Part shown: positions 1 to 10,536 of the stretch, in pieces
Layout: each line of letters opens with the position of its first letter
Position numbering within the stretch: position 1 is the stretch's first letter
From: Nitrososphaeria archaeon
GTDB taxonomy: Archaea; Thermoproteota; Nitrososphaeria; JACIWG01
Length of the DNA stretch: 64,000 nt
Assembly (NCBI GenBank): GCA_963752255.1
Contig: CAVVXT010000019.1
Span: forward strand, 96,001 to 160,000
Reading direction: 5' to 3'
Program-made: the position numbers and the translations under genes
The notes under the pieces: model-generated
Databases searched by the model: none
What the model saw: the letters and a program-made list of their open reading frames with translations, nothing else
What the model was told of the DNA's origin: nothing

Positions 1-1902
1 AAATTGATAGAGCTAAAGGTACGCCCTCAGACGTGCTTACAGCCGTAAACGTTATTCCCCCAACTTGGTAAAAAGATGAGGCTGGCGGAAGGACATAGTT
101 TCTGCCGAGGTCTTCGACTTCACATAAGTAGGTGTAATTCATTGTCTCAGAACTATTGATGCTGTTGACAAGCTTTGTAAGAACTCCATTTTTTTCTGAA
201 AAACTACCGTTGATGAAGTTTAACCCAGAAGGTAGGCTGTCCGTTATCGTCACATTTGAAGCCTTCGCTACGCCCAAATTTTGGGCGTTAACACTGAAGT
301 TTAGAAAAAATTTTCCTCCTACAGTTAATTGGTCTACTTCCTTTGTGAGATTTATCATTGGAATGTTCATGGTGTCGAACGAGTTTATGAGGGTTATGTT
401 GTTTGACCTACTAGATCTTGTCTGAGAGCTATCCGACCAAGAACAGATATAATATTTTTCCGAATTGGGGGATGAAATGTTGTTTAGGGACGCTTGTATT
501 ATTGCCTGTGAGCTTTCACCTGCTGGTAGAAGGCTTAGAAACTGTCCGCCGAAAGTAAGGTTAAAGGCCGCAAACTTGCCTTCATTTGAAACTCTGACTG
601 TGACCTGTTTTGGGGTTCCGAAGCTGGTTAGAGCCGTCGAAGTCTGGGCTGTTACGTAGACAGATGGCCCGTTTTGGTTAAGGGTGAGGTATAGATCATT
701 CGTTGAAGAGAGAAGTTGCGTTGTTTCCCCCCGACATTCCAATAATATATAACACTTAATGGAGGAACATAATATTCTTCGGCGGAGCTCGACGTCAATT
801 TGATTCTATAAACTATGGTGTGATTCCCTCCTGGCGCTAGGGAATCGATTTTACCTGACGAATTTCCTGCGGTAAGGGTGAATATTCCATCCTTTGACCA
901 CCAGTCATCGTTATAGGAGATATTAGATGCTGTCGAAGTACCTATGTTCTCTATATTGAGCCGAACCTCCATTTCTTCGTTTACGTTAAGTGTTCCCTGG
1001 GAAAACTCTCTGTATGAGATAATAGAAGGTGCGCCTGATGAAAGTGTAACATTTGGAAATGAAAGGCGGCCCTCTGCTGGAACAGAAATGGAGAGTTCGG
1101 ATGTCTTTAACTGAAGATTCCTATTTATGGTGCCTGCGTCGCTTGAAACTATTATCGGACCGTATGTTATTAGTTTGAAGCTGCTTAGATTAGATTGATT
1201 AGAGGCATTGACATTCTGCTGTCCAAAGAACTCGGTGCCGATGTTAACAGTATTACCTATCGAGATTTGTGGAAAGATTAAATCTACGATGATGCTTCTT
1301 TCGAAGCTTCCACCGCTATTCCTTCCTATCAAGGTGAACTGAGAGATCGTGTTAGTCTCTAGTTCTGAAAGAGTAACCAGGCTGCTAAATCCTCCATATG
1401 ATTGCGGATACATTGACCAGATGAAGCTATTTAGTACTTCGTCAAAGTTTGACGGCGCCGCAAACACATATGTGCCTCCAAAAGTACCGTATGGTGAGAA
1501 AGAGAGACCGGTGAAGTTTCCAAGGTTAGAAGCAAATTGGCTTGCAGAATTAAAGGAGTCCGCTTTGACATAGAGAAATGCACTATCCGACGACACATAT
1601 TTAGATAAAGTCAAATTGTATCCCAAGTTTGAAAAGTAGATGTATTCGGTTGGCCAAGAGTTGAATCTACCAATAAAAAGCTTATAGTATGAAACGTCGG
1701 GAAAAGAGGATTCGACGGTTTTTATTCCGTTAAAATCTATTCCTGTTCCAGTAAAGTTGAATCGAAGAAGAGCATTGTTACTTATTAAATAAATTGAAAT
1801 ATTTTCATTGTAAACATTCACCGACTGAGCGTAGCTTAATGGGACAATAAAGACAGTAATCATAATTAATAAAATAATTATTGATATAACCTTTCTTTGC
1901 AT
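1..1902 (-). CDS. Secreted/surface protein with DUF11/Ig-like repeats; frameshifted at ~706-715 and running off the window edge
   Basis: N-terminal signal peptide (MQRKVISIIILLIMITVFIVPLSYA) and VRLNIENIGTSTASNI motif. Removing 2 nt of the (AG)n run at 706-715 gives an open frame to base 1 (STNDLYLTLNQNGPSVYV...NVTITDSLPSGLNFINGS, a DUF11-type motif). Confidence 0.7.
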
Positions 1903-1960
1903 ACCTCGACCTATTCAAACTTTCCTATATATATTATTATAAGAGGAACTACCCTGAACT

Positions 1961-2950
1961 TTACTTCTTTGACTCTTCTGGATCAGCTATGCCGCCTTCA
2001 GTTAATGTGAAGATGGTGTCAGCTTCAGCATGATATGGACTATCGACGATACGAGCTATCCTGTTCTTACCCGATTTTCTCAAATAGATCCGATACGTGC
2101 TTGAATGCGCCATTATGTGACCACCCGTAGGCCTAGTTGGGTCTCCAAAGAAGCTGTCCGGTGCGGCTTGAACCTGGTTTGTTATAACAACCGCGATATG
2201 ATATATTTCGGAAAGCCTTATCAGAGTGTGAAGATACCTGTTGAGCCTCTGCTGTCTGTCCGCTAAGGTTCCTCTTCCCAAAAACTCTGATCTGAAGTGT
2301 GTCATCGAAGAATCAACTATCACAAGCTTGCACTTTTCCTTTTCAATATAGTTTGGAATTTCTCTGGTCAAGAGTTCCTGATGGCTAGTATTATAGGCTT
2401 TCCCGACAAATATACGTTTTAGAACTTCATCCGGATCAAGTCCCTTGTTTTCAGCTATGGAAACAATTCTTTCAGGTCTGAAGGTGTTCTCAGTGTCTAT
2501 GTAAACGGCTCCAGAACTTAATCCTTTTTTCTCCTTAGGCAGCTGGACAGTTACACATAGAGTGTGACAGATCTGGGTCTTGCCTGTTCCGAATTCACCA
2601 TAAAATTCCGTTAGAGCTTCGACTTCTATTCCACCGCTTAAAAGATTGTCTACATTATTGGACCCTGTGGTTATCCTCTCAATCATTAATCTACGTTTAA
2701 GAACGTCACTCGCAAGGGAGAACTGGCTTTCCATTAATCCTAGTTCGGTCAACTTCTTTCTAGAACGGTTTGACATTTCAACAGCTTTATCATAGTTTAT
2801 GCCAAGAGTTTCTGAAAGCTCAACTGGACCTAGGGTCATCAACTGCCTGATATCACATATTCCTGCAGCGTAGAGCTTGTCCCTTGTGACGGGTCCGATT
2901 CCATCTATGCTCTCTACATCTAGTTCGTCTTCTTCTACCAACTTACTCAT
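1961..2950 (-). CDS. radA: DNA repair and recombination protein RadA
   Basis: N-terminal HhH domain, Walker A GEFGTGKTQ, YIDTENTFRPERI, Walker B LVIVDS, GRGTLADRQQ, GGHIMAH. Confidence 0.97.
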   Translation of the reverse strand: MSKLVEEDELDVESIDGIGPVTRDKLYAAGICDIRQLMTLGPVELSETLGINYDKAVEMSNRSRKKLTELGLMESQFSLASDVLKRRLMIERITTGSNNVDNLLSGGIEVEALTEFYGEFGTGKTQICHTLCVTVQLPKEKKGLSSGAVYIDTENTFRPERIVSIAENKGLDPDEVLKRIFVGKAYNTSHQELLTREIPNYIEKEKCKLVIVDSSMTHFRSEFLGRGTLADRQQRLNRYLHTLIRLSEIYHIAVVITNQVQAAPDSFFGDPTRPTGGHIMAHSSTYRIYLRKSGKNRIARIVDSPYHAEADTIFTLTEGGIADPEESKK

Positions 2951-2986
2951 AAGGGTATAGAATGGGGTTGTTTTTAATCTATCTTT

Positions 2987-4300
2987 TTATGGGTTGAGAC
3001 GCGTCAGTGTCCTTGGAAACAGTGAAGCAGCACGGATATGTTTGAGACCGCACAGCCATCTTGTCAATCTTTCAACACCAAGCCCAAATCCTGAATGCGG
3101 CGGCAACCCGTACTTTCTGAGCTCCAGATACCATTCAAAACTCTGTTTCGGAAGCTCTTGCTGCAAAACCCTTCTTTCAAGTTCTTGATAGTCACTCAAC
3201 CTTTGTCCTCCGGTTGTTATTTCGCCATAACCTTCAGGCGCGATGAGGTCAGAAGACAATGTGACCCTATCGTTATCCGGTTTCGTCATATGGTAGAAAC
3301 TTCTTGCGGAGAGTGGAAATTCTTTAACGAAGACAGGTTTGTCGAACTCGTTTGAAATTATTTTTTCACCTTCTGTCGGAATATCTTCCCCCCATTCGAA
3401 ATTCACACCCTTTTTAATAAGAAGATTTCTTGCCTCATCATATGTTATCCTATAGAACGGCAGTTCTGGGGGGATAAACTTTCTTCCTAAAATCTTTAAC
3501 TCGAACGAGCATTCTTGAGCTACTCTTTGTGCTATGCTACAGATTAGTTCTTCCTCTAAACGCATGATGTCCTCGTGCGTTGCGAAAGCTACTTCAGATT
3601 CTATCATCCAAAATTCCGTAAGATGTTTTGATGTCTTCGATTTTTCTGCTCTAAAGCACGGCTCAACGGTCCAAACTCTTTCAAGCGCAAATATCGCCGC
3701 TTCCTCATATAGTTGAGCGCTCTGCGTCAGGTAGGCCTTTTGCCCAAAGTAGTCAACTTGAAAAAGTGTAGATCCCCCTTCACATGCAGACTGCACAATC
3801 GATGGAGCGCTAATTAAGTAGAAGCTGTTCCTAAAGAAATAGTCCGCAGTTGCCTCGATGACTTTTGATCTGACCTTTATAGCTGAAGAAGCTTTCTTCC
3901 CCCTTATCGAGAGGTGCCTCATGTCATACAGGTAAGAAGGAGACTTTACCGCACTTTTTGTAATGGGCCAGACATCTGATTTTGCTATAACTTCAAGACT
4001 GTCGGCGACTATTTCTAAACCATATGGCGCCCTTTTATCCACCTTAGTTTTTCCACTGATCTTTACAGCCGATTCGATAGTCAGATTCTTAACCTCTCCA
4101 AATACAGAGGGCGATACATTTCCTTTCTTGACAGTTGTCTGGATAAATCCACTGCCATCCCTTATGGTGAGAAAGATCATCCCCCCTATCCAACTCTTAT
4201 TCTGAACCCATCCTAAGATTGTTGCCTGTTGCGCTCTTTGATCAGAAATAAGTTCTCTTATTGTATGGGTTCTTCCACCGACCTTAAATTTTGTGCTCAA
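2987..4300 (-). CDS. asnS: Asparagine--tRNA ligase (class IIb)
   Basis: OB-fold N-terminus, YLTQSAQLY, motif 2 FRAEKSKTSKHLTEFW, APEGYGEI, motif 3 PHSGFGLGVERL; TTG start. Confidence 0.85.
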   Translation of the reverse strand: MSTKFKVGGRTHTIRELISDQRAQQATILGWVQNKSWIGGMIFLTIRDGSGFIQTTVKKGNVSPSVFGEVKNLTIESAVKISGKTKVDKRAPYGLEIVADSLEVIAKSDVWPITKSAVKSPSYLYDMRHLSIRGKKASSAIKVRSKVIEATADYFFRNSFYLISAPSIVQSACEGGSTLFQVDYFGQKAYLTQSAQLYEEAAIFALERVWTVEPCFRAEKSKTSKHLTEFWMIESEVAFATHEDIMRLEEELICSIAQRVAQECSFELKILGRKFIPPELPFYRITYDEARNLLIKKGVNFEWGEDIPTEGEKIISNEFDKPVFVKEFPLSARSFYHMTKPDNDRVTLSSDLIAPEGYGEITTGGQRLSDYQELERRVLQQELPKQSFEWYLELRKYGLPPHSGFGLGVERLTRWLCGLKHIRAASLFPRTLTRLNP

Positions 4301-4593
4301 TCGCAGTCTATGTAAAAGTTATAAATTTAAAATTTTAATATTCCTTTAAGAATTTTTGTCGATGGGAATAGGTGCCTTAGATCACCGGATTAGAATCTGA
4401 TTTGAAGCTCACCTTTCTCCACAGATCTTAAGCCTTACTATTGCTATTTCTTGCTTCCCTAGTTCAGTCCTCCTGATCCTTCAGCCATCAGTCTTTGGTG
4501 GAGTGGTCATGGACTGTGTTGTTCACATATGCTTGCATGGCGCAATTTTTTTGGCGAATCTAGAAATTTCTAATGCCCATCTTTTAATCGGGT

Positions 4594-5768
4594 TTAGTTG
4601 AAATATTTTGTAATTTGATCGACAGTGTACTTTACCCCATCCATTCGATTAGCAATCTTTGATAGGGAAGAAATATTTGAAGCGAACGAGTAATCGGTTA
4701 AAAGTGTGTCGATTCCGTCTGTTAGTCTTTGCCCATCTAAATTCTTGAGCTCGGCCATTCTTCCTATACCAAGTTTGTGCACTTTACGTGCGTTTGCGTA
4801 CTGTTCTGTATGATTTTCTATAGGGATGACAATCATCGGTTTACCGTAAATTATGCCATTAGCTATTGAAGAATGCCCTCCTCTTATTACCGCAACATCT
4901 GCCAAAGAAAAGAAACCTTGCACGTCTTCACACCAATTGTAGATGAATCCGCCTTCTATCTCCGAACGTTGTACTAGACCGGCGGGTTGTCCTAGTGCAA
5001 TAACATAAACACGCCGGTTGGAAGTTTCTTTCGCTGCGGTAACCAACTGATTTAGAACAGGCCTAATCGTCGTAACCGGACCGCTTAACGGAGCGAAGAC
5101 AAGTGTTTTTCTCCTTTTTTCAGTCATTTTATTCACTAGCTCTTCAGTCTTCTTACTTGGGTGCGATCCATTGCGTGCCAGAAAGCCGATGAATTTTTCT
5201 TTCCCTTTAACAGCAGTTACATCGCAAAGATTCTCTTCAGATATGGTATATGGGGGAGGCAGATCTGGAAAAAGCAGTTCATCCGAAGTCCTCCACAACA
5301 TGCCTAGAACGTTCGCTTCCAAGTTCTCTAGCCATTTAATCGATCTCTTTTTCCTCGCGCAAGTCGCTAAGATTCTGAGCTGATTCGTTATCGCTATAGT
5401 TTTTATGCCAAACATCTTTGCAGCTAAAAGAGCATCCAATCTATAGAATCCGAAACTAAAACATCAGGACGCACTTTCCCGATAATGGAAAGCTCTTTCT
5501 CTAGATAGTGGTAGGTGACCGAGGACAAATTTTTTGATCGGGAAATCAGTTCATAAAAACTAAATGATCCTTCGGCTGTCCACAGATGCTTGAAGTCCTC
5601 TAAACACCAACCCTTTAAGCCTAGGGAAGTAAAATAGCTCGCAGGCACACCGCTTGAAGAGAAGGTCACCTCAAAACCTTTATCCTTAAGTGTCGCAGCA
5701 ATATTTCTCATTCTCATAGCGTGGCCGAAGCCTATGCCTAAGAAAGAGATATGCACCTTACGATGCAA
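4594..5768 (-). CDS. GT-B glycosyltransferase (MurG/MGT, MJ1255-like), split by a frameshift at ~5441-5446
   Basis: GIGFGHAMR in the upstream ORF and IRGGHSS...PMIVIPIENHTEQYANA in the downstream ORF. Removing a TA duplication restores VSDSRLDALLAA. Confidence 0.8.
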
Positions 5769-6376
5769 TTATGCTCTCTTCCTGAGACGCTGCCATCCTT
5801 TTTTTCTTCAAAAATTACTGCATTAAACTTGTAGACCTTAACTCCTTTTTTCAGCCAAGAATCTGGTGTAGCACCAGCCTTCATGCATACATTTTCAAGA
5901 TATTCGTTAGAATCCCACCCGTATTCCCCAGCCACCTGTGGCAGAAGAAGACCTGAACCCCATTCCCATTCAAATACTAGGCCATCTTCACCTACCTTAA
6001 TTTGTTGAGGGTATTCGAGAGGAGATTTAACGTTCACCAATTCCAGTGGTGTTAAAACGCTTACTTCAATAAGAACTTTATCCAATTCATTCTTTCTCAT
6101 TGGATTAAATCTTGGGTCTTCAGTTGCAGCTGCTATGGCTGCGTCAACCACTGCGTCGGCTAAAGGTAAAAGTGGGGTTGGGTAACCTATGCACCCCCTT
6201 AGTTCAGTTACTTTACCTTTTACACGATTTATTGTAACGAATACGCCACATTTTTCAGAAAATTTTTCTCTCACATCTTCTGGAGCAACATATCTTACTT
6301 TGTCGCTCACATATTCTTCAATAGCCTTTCTAGCCTGCTGTACTAGGAGTTTTCCATCTTCATCTGAAAGTTCCAA
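5738..6376 (-). CDS. AMMECR1 domain protein (TIGR00296, AmmeMemoRadiSam protein A)
   Basis: GVFVT, LRGCIG, AATEDPRF, EVSVLTP, GLLLPQV, LENVCMKAG. Confidence 0.93.
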   Translation of the reverse strand: MELSDEDGKLLVQQARKAIEEYVSDKVRYVAPEDVREKFSEKCGVFVTINRVKGKVTELRGCIGYPTPLLPLADAVVDAAIAAATEDPRFNPMRKNELDKVLIEVSVLTPLELVNVKSPLEYPQQIKVGEDGLVFEWEWGSGLLLPQVAGEYGWDSNEYLENVCMKAGATPDSWLKKGVKVYKFNAVIFEEKKDGSVSGREHNCIVRCISLS

Positions 6377-6393
6377 AATTTGACTCCACCTAC

Positions 6394-6867
6394 TTACGAA
6401 TCATTTAATCTTTTCTTAAGTGTTTCCTCAAAATTGCGTATCTTAGCCCAGTGGGAACCGTACCAATAGATTCTACCGCAATTCTCACATTTGTAGAAAA
6501 TCCTCTTTCGCCTTAGAACCCCTTCCGGAACCCCCTCCGCTTGTGACTTGCTTATTTTTATCAGCATCGAGTTACAGTGTGGGCATCTAGAGCGTTTGGG
6601 ATTCAGGTTTGGTTTCAGCCTGTAGGTTCTAAATATCTTCGTCATTCTCGAGACATCGCTGTCTAAAGGTGCTTCGACTACAGGAATCCTTTCAGAATAT
6701 GCTCTCTCGATTAGGTTCTTGTCGGAGGTTATGATTATCCGTTCTTCTTTCTGTGCTGTGGCAAGAATGGTGTCATCATCCAAATTTGCTTCGTAGAGAG
6801 TGTCGAAGCCGTATATTCTCATCTTCCTCGCCAGTTTGCCGTGCATGCAGTCAACTATAAACTTCAT
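6394..6867 (-). CDS. Mut7-C RNase domain protein (DUF82)
   Basis: KFIVDCMHGKLARKMRIYGFDT, SRCPHCN...CENCGRIYWYGSHW. Confidence 0.9.
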   Translation of the reverse strand: MKFIVDCMHGKLARKMRIYGFDTLYEANLDDDTILATAQKEERIIITSDKNLIERAYSERIPVVEAPLDSDVSRMTKIFRTYRLKPNLNPKRSRCPHCNSMLIKISKSQAEGVPEGVLRRKRIFYKCENCGRIYWYGSHWAKIRNFEETLKKRLNDS

Positions 6868-8177
6868 TTAGGCTCGACTATCTTTCCATTTCCGACAGAG
6901 GTTAGCCCATCTTCCATCGAGAAGGCCGTTTTACCTCTGACGATCGTCCTTTCAACCTGAGTTTCAGCCTTAAACCCTTCAAATGGTGAAAATTTTGCTT
7001 TCGAGAAGAACTTTGAAGGATCAACAGAATATTCAGGAACAAATCGTATGAAAGTAAGGTTCGCCATCATACCCTTATCTATTGACCCATGTTTTTTCAA
7101 TCCAAAAAAGCTGGCGGGATTAGATGTCAGACATCTAACCAAGCTGGAAAAAGGTAGAAATCCCTTCTTCGAGAGGGTGAAAAGGACGCAAACAGCCGTT
7201 TCTAGACCTGGGAACCCTGGTATCGGATTTTCAGAAAGCTTTTCTGAAAGCGCGTGCGGAGCATGATCGGTGCCTATTATATCGATCTGACCTCTCCACA
7301 TGGAGTTCCTTAAGGCAACCACATCTGAACGTTTTCTAAGAGGTGGTTCGAGCGTACATATTTTACTGCATTGCCCAAGAACAGAATCGTCTAAGGTAAG
7401 ATGTGAAGGTGTGGCCTCAATTGAGAGATTCCTATTATATTCTTTTGCGCTTGATATTTCCCTGATACCATTTATGGTGGAGACATGGCAAAACCGTATT
7501 TTCAATGGAAAACCTTGACACAACCTCAAAATCCTATCTATCATTGAATATTCAGCTTCCTCGGTATGAGCTTTTGCGTGGTCTTTTGCATCATACTTTT
7601 CATTAAGCTTGCCGATCTTGTCTGGATCCTCAGCGTGTATAGATAATGGAAGATTCGTTGCTTTGATTTCTTCGAACAGCTCTATCAGATTTTCTTCCTT
7701 TGAGAAATCCATGTCTTCAAAGACCTTATGCGTATAGATCTTGAACCCTACACATCCAGCTTTAGCGAGTTCTCGGACATTTTTGAGGTCAGTTGGCATC
7801 GCGTAAAGTCCCACATCACACATGATCTTCTTGTCCGCGAGGGTTTTTCTCATAACTATACGTTCCGGTGTTGAGACAGGTGGAACATTATTGGGCATGT
7901 CTAAAACAACCGTGAAACCGCCTGCAACCGCTGAACTAGTGCCGCTTTCAAAGCTTTCTTTATAAGCTAAAGGTCCATCACGAAGGTGGACATGGCTGTC
8001 TATTAAGCCAGGTAGAACTATAGCTCCTTTTGCATCAATAACCTCGTCGACGTTTACTTCTGCCGTCTTCCTTACGACGCCTTTTATGGTATCGTCTTCG
8101 ATTACGATATCTTTCTCCACTATTCTCTCGTGTATCCAAGTTCTTCCATTTATAATACGAGACAGCAAGCCTACCAC
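6864..8177 (-). CDS. pyrC: Dihydroorotase (type I amidohydrolase)
   Basis: PGLIDSHVHLRD, DMPNN, HAED, PPLR, TDHAPH, KFSPFEG. Confidence 0.88.
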   Translation of the reverse strand: MVGLLSRIINGRTWIHERIVEKDIVIEDDTIKGVVRKTAEVNVDEVIDAKGAIVLPGLIDSHVHLRDGPLAYKESFESGTSSAVAGGFTVVLDMPNNVPPVSTPERIVMRKTLADKKIMCDVGLYAMPTDLKNVRELAKAGCVGFKIYTHKVFEDMDFSKEENLIELFEEIKATNLPLSIHAEDPDKIGKLNEKYDAKDHAKAHTEEAEYSMIDRILRLCQGFPLKIRFCHVSTINGIREISSAKEYNRNLSIEATPSHLTLDDSVLGQCSKICTLEPPLRKRSDVVALRNSMWRGQIDIIGTDHAPHALSEKLSENPIPGFPGLETAVCVLFTLSKKGFLPFSSLVRCLTSNPASFFGLKKHGSIDKGMMANLTFIRFVPEYSVDPSKFFSKAKFSPFEGFKAETQVERTIVRGKTAFSMEDGLTSVGNGKIVEPK

Positions 8178-8184
8178 ATGTAAA

Positions 8185-8991
8185 TTACGTTAGAAGCTGG
8201 TTGAAAAGCTCCCTTCTTCTAATTACACCTGAGAAGACTCCTTCTTGTACTACAGGATATATGACTAAGTTGGTGCCAGCTATTAGACTCGATGCCTTCT
8301 GCACAGGATCTTGGGATTTTAGCTGCTCTGTTACAAGCGTCATGATGTCGTTTGCCACATATTTTCGCAGTGCACTTTTCATGTGATGTATCTGATCATT
8401 TGAGAGGTAATTGAACAGAAAGGTTGAAAGTTCTTTTTCGCCTACAACGCCTGAGGGAATACTGTTTTGAACGACAGCGAATTCTCTCATGTCCCTATCC
8501 TTAAGTATTTCATTGATGAGTGAAGAAAGACTGGTTTCGGGAGTTGTACTGTACCCAGTTTTTATGACGTAGTTCTCAACTTTTCCTTTAAGTTCGCTTG
8601 TAAGAAGATAGATCAACAGGTTCTTAGTTAGTAAGCCAAGCACTGTCCCTTCCCCATTCAAAACGGGAAGAGCGCTTATATTTTCTCTAGCCATAATATT
8701 TACAGCTTCACCAAGAGTGCTTTTTGCATCGGTATATGTCAAGCGTTCGCTCGTAAATGCCGCTACGCTCAGGGAGGAGGGTGATATGTTACTGAACTTC
8801 TTCGAAGCTAGCTTCATAAAGACGTCCCTTAATGTCACGACCCCCATCAGCTTGTCCTTATCCTTTACAAGAACTCTGTCAAGTTTTGTCTTTTTTATTT
8901 CGTAAAACATCATCGAAATCTTCTCAGATTTCGATAGAACGCTGACCTTCGGAAGATTAAGGGTAGTTAAACTATCTTTTCTTTGCGGCAA
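8185..8991 (-). CDS. CBS domain protein (divergent, 4 CBS)
   Basis: LMGVVTLRDV, ENISALPVLN repeats. Confidence 0.75.
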   Translation of the reverse strand: MPQRKDSLTTLNLPKVSVLSKSEKISMMFYEIKKTKLDRVLVKDKDKLMGVVTLRDVFMKLASKKFSNISPSSLSVAAFTSERLTYTDAKSTLGEAVNIMARENISALPVLNGEGTVLGLLTKNLLIYLLTSELKGKVENYVIKTGYSTTPETSLSSLINEILKDRDMREFAVVQNSIPSGVVGEKELSTFLFNYLSNDQIHHMKSALRKYVANDIMTLVTEQLKSQDPVQKASSLIAGTNLVIYPVVQEGVFSGVIRRRELFNQLLT

Positions 8992-9826
8992 TTTCGAGTA
9001 CCTCCTTCTTTGAGAAGATTCCGCTAACGCGTCCTTCTGAATTTAGCACTGGAAGAGCGCCTATATCTTTTGCTACCATTATCGCAGCCGCATTTTGAAC
9101 AGTTTCATTCTCGTGTACGATAATGACAGGACTTGACATAATGTCACCTGCAGTCGCTATAGCTATATAGCTTATTTTGTCATGCGTGGGAGCCCCACCT
9201 TTTTGAACAGAACGCATAGAATGCACTTTCTTAATTTGAGAAAATTTAGCAAAGGCCAGGTTGGCTGGGGCAATGATTCCGACCGGCTTCCCCTCTTCAT
9301 CCAGCACTATGACACGATGAGGTGGGGTTTTAAACAGTAAATCTATTACGTGGTTTACACTATGGAAAGGGGTGGTAAATGCAACATCCCTGTACATGAA
9401 ATTCTTCACCACCATGCCTGATCGTGGAAACTGGGATACATATTTTGTTATATCGTGAGTTGTTATAATCCCCGCAAGTCTTCCGTCCCATGTCACTGGC
9501 ACACCTCCAATATTCTTCTCCAACATCAGCCTTGCCGCTTCACTTATTTCTTCACTATATTCCACCGTCAAGACCTTCCGCTCCATAAAATGTCGAACCA
9601 GTAGCCGATCTATCGGTCTAACTTTAGATGAAGGCTTTGGCACTCGAAATGCTCCCGCTAGATCCTCCCTTGTTATTATACCGACGATCTTATCCCCTTC
9701 CAGAACCACTAGTCTTCCTATTTTCTTTGAAAGCATCAAATTTTTTACTCTTGCCAAGGTATCATTAGGCCCTATGACAAAAACATCTTTAGTCATAAAA
9801 TCGTTTACTGAAGTCAAACTTAACAC
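8972..9826 (-). CDS. CBS domain protein (4 CBS)
   Basis: VGIITREDL, IGGVPV, IGALPVLN. Confidence 0.9.
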   Translation of the reverse strand: MLSLTSVNDFMTKDVFVIGPNDTLARVKNLMLSKKIGRLVVLEGDKIVGIITREDLAGAFRVPKPSSKVRPIDRLLVRHFMERKVLTVEYSEEISEAARLMLEKNIGGVPVTWDGRLAGIITTHDITKYVSQFPRSGMVVKNFMYRDVAFTTPFHSVNHVIDLLFKTPPHRVIVLDEEGKPVGIIAPANLAFAKFSQIKKVHSMRSVQKGGAPTHDKISYIAIATAGDIMSSPVIIVHENETVQNAAAIMVAKDIGALPVLNSEGRVSGIFSKKEVLEIAAKKR

Positions 9827-9923
9827 TTATAATTAAAACGATAGGTTGTTAAAAACTGTTTCTATCTTAGAATTTCTTGTAGCGGGCTAACCAAGGGTTT
9901 TTTAGCAAGGTTTTACTATATAC

Positions 9924-10487
9924 TCATTCAGATCTACATTCATCGCAAAGATATTTATCGTCCACTTCAACCAGTGTGTCAGACCATCTTGAACAGATGT
10001 CGCAGTAACCCGCCATGTAGATAGACCCTTTCTGGGATTCAGAAAATGAAGTTTCGATGTTTAGTCTCTCTGAGAATATTTCTATAAGCTCTGGCGTTAT
10101 CGCTATAATGTCCCAGACGGACAATATACCCTCAAGGTTTCCTCGATATGTAACTCCGACACGTTTCACCTTCTTCTTCCTCATGTACTTTACAGCATCA
10201 ATGACCTTTGCCTCGCTCTCGACCGTGTAAATTGGTGTGCTCATTATTTCCCTTGCCTTTGTCTTGTCAGGATCTAGACCGCTTGAAACAACACGATAAA
10301 TTATATCGCCATCGGTCACCATACCTATAGGCAGCTTGTTCTCTACTATGACTATGCTACCAACGCTGCTTTCAGTCATCTTTTGAGCTATCTGTCTAAC
10401 GGTTTCGTCAGGACCTCCGGTAATAACTGGGCTGTTCATCACTTCCCTAACAGTTATATTTGCAGGATTAGTCGCACTAGATTCCAT
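9924..10487 (-). CDS. CBS domain protein with C-terminal Zn ribbon
   Basis: VREVMNSPVIT, GMVTDGDI; C-terminal GYCDIC...LCDEC. Confidence 0.9.
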   Translation of the reverse strand: MESSATNPANITVREVMNSPVITGGPDETVRQIAQKMTESSVGSIVIVENKLPIGMVTDGDIIYRVVSSGLDPDKTKAREIMSTPIYTVESEAKVIDAVKYMRKKKVKRVGVTYRGNLEGILSVWDIIAITPELIEIFSERLNIETSFSESQKGSIYMAGYCDICSRWSDTLVEVDDKYLCDECRSE

Positions 10488-10536
10488 GAATACCTTGTCA
10501 ACGCTTGGTTAGGAACAGGAGTAGAAAAATATTTCC

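Noticed and set aside
4455-4520. Possible C/D box sRNA on the minus strand (two CTGA boxes spaced like D' and D)
   Set aside because: No convincing RTGATGA C box, and I could not identify an rRNA or tRNA target by eye.
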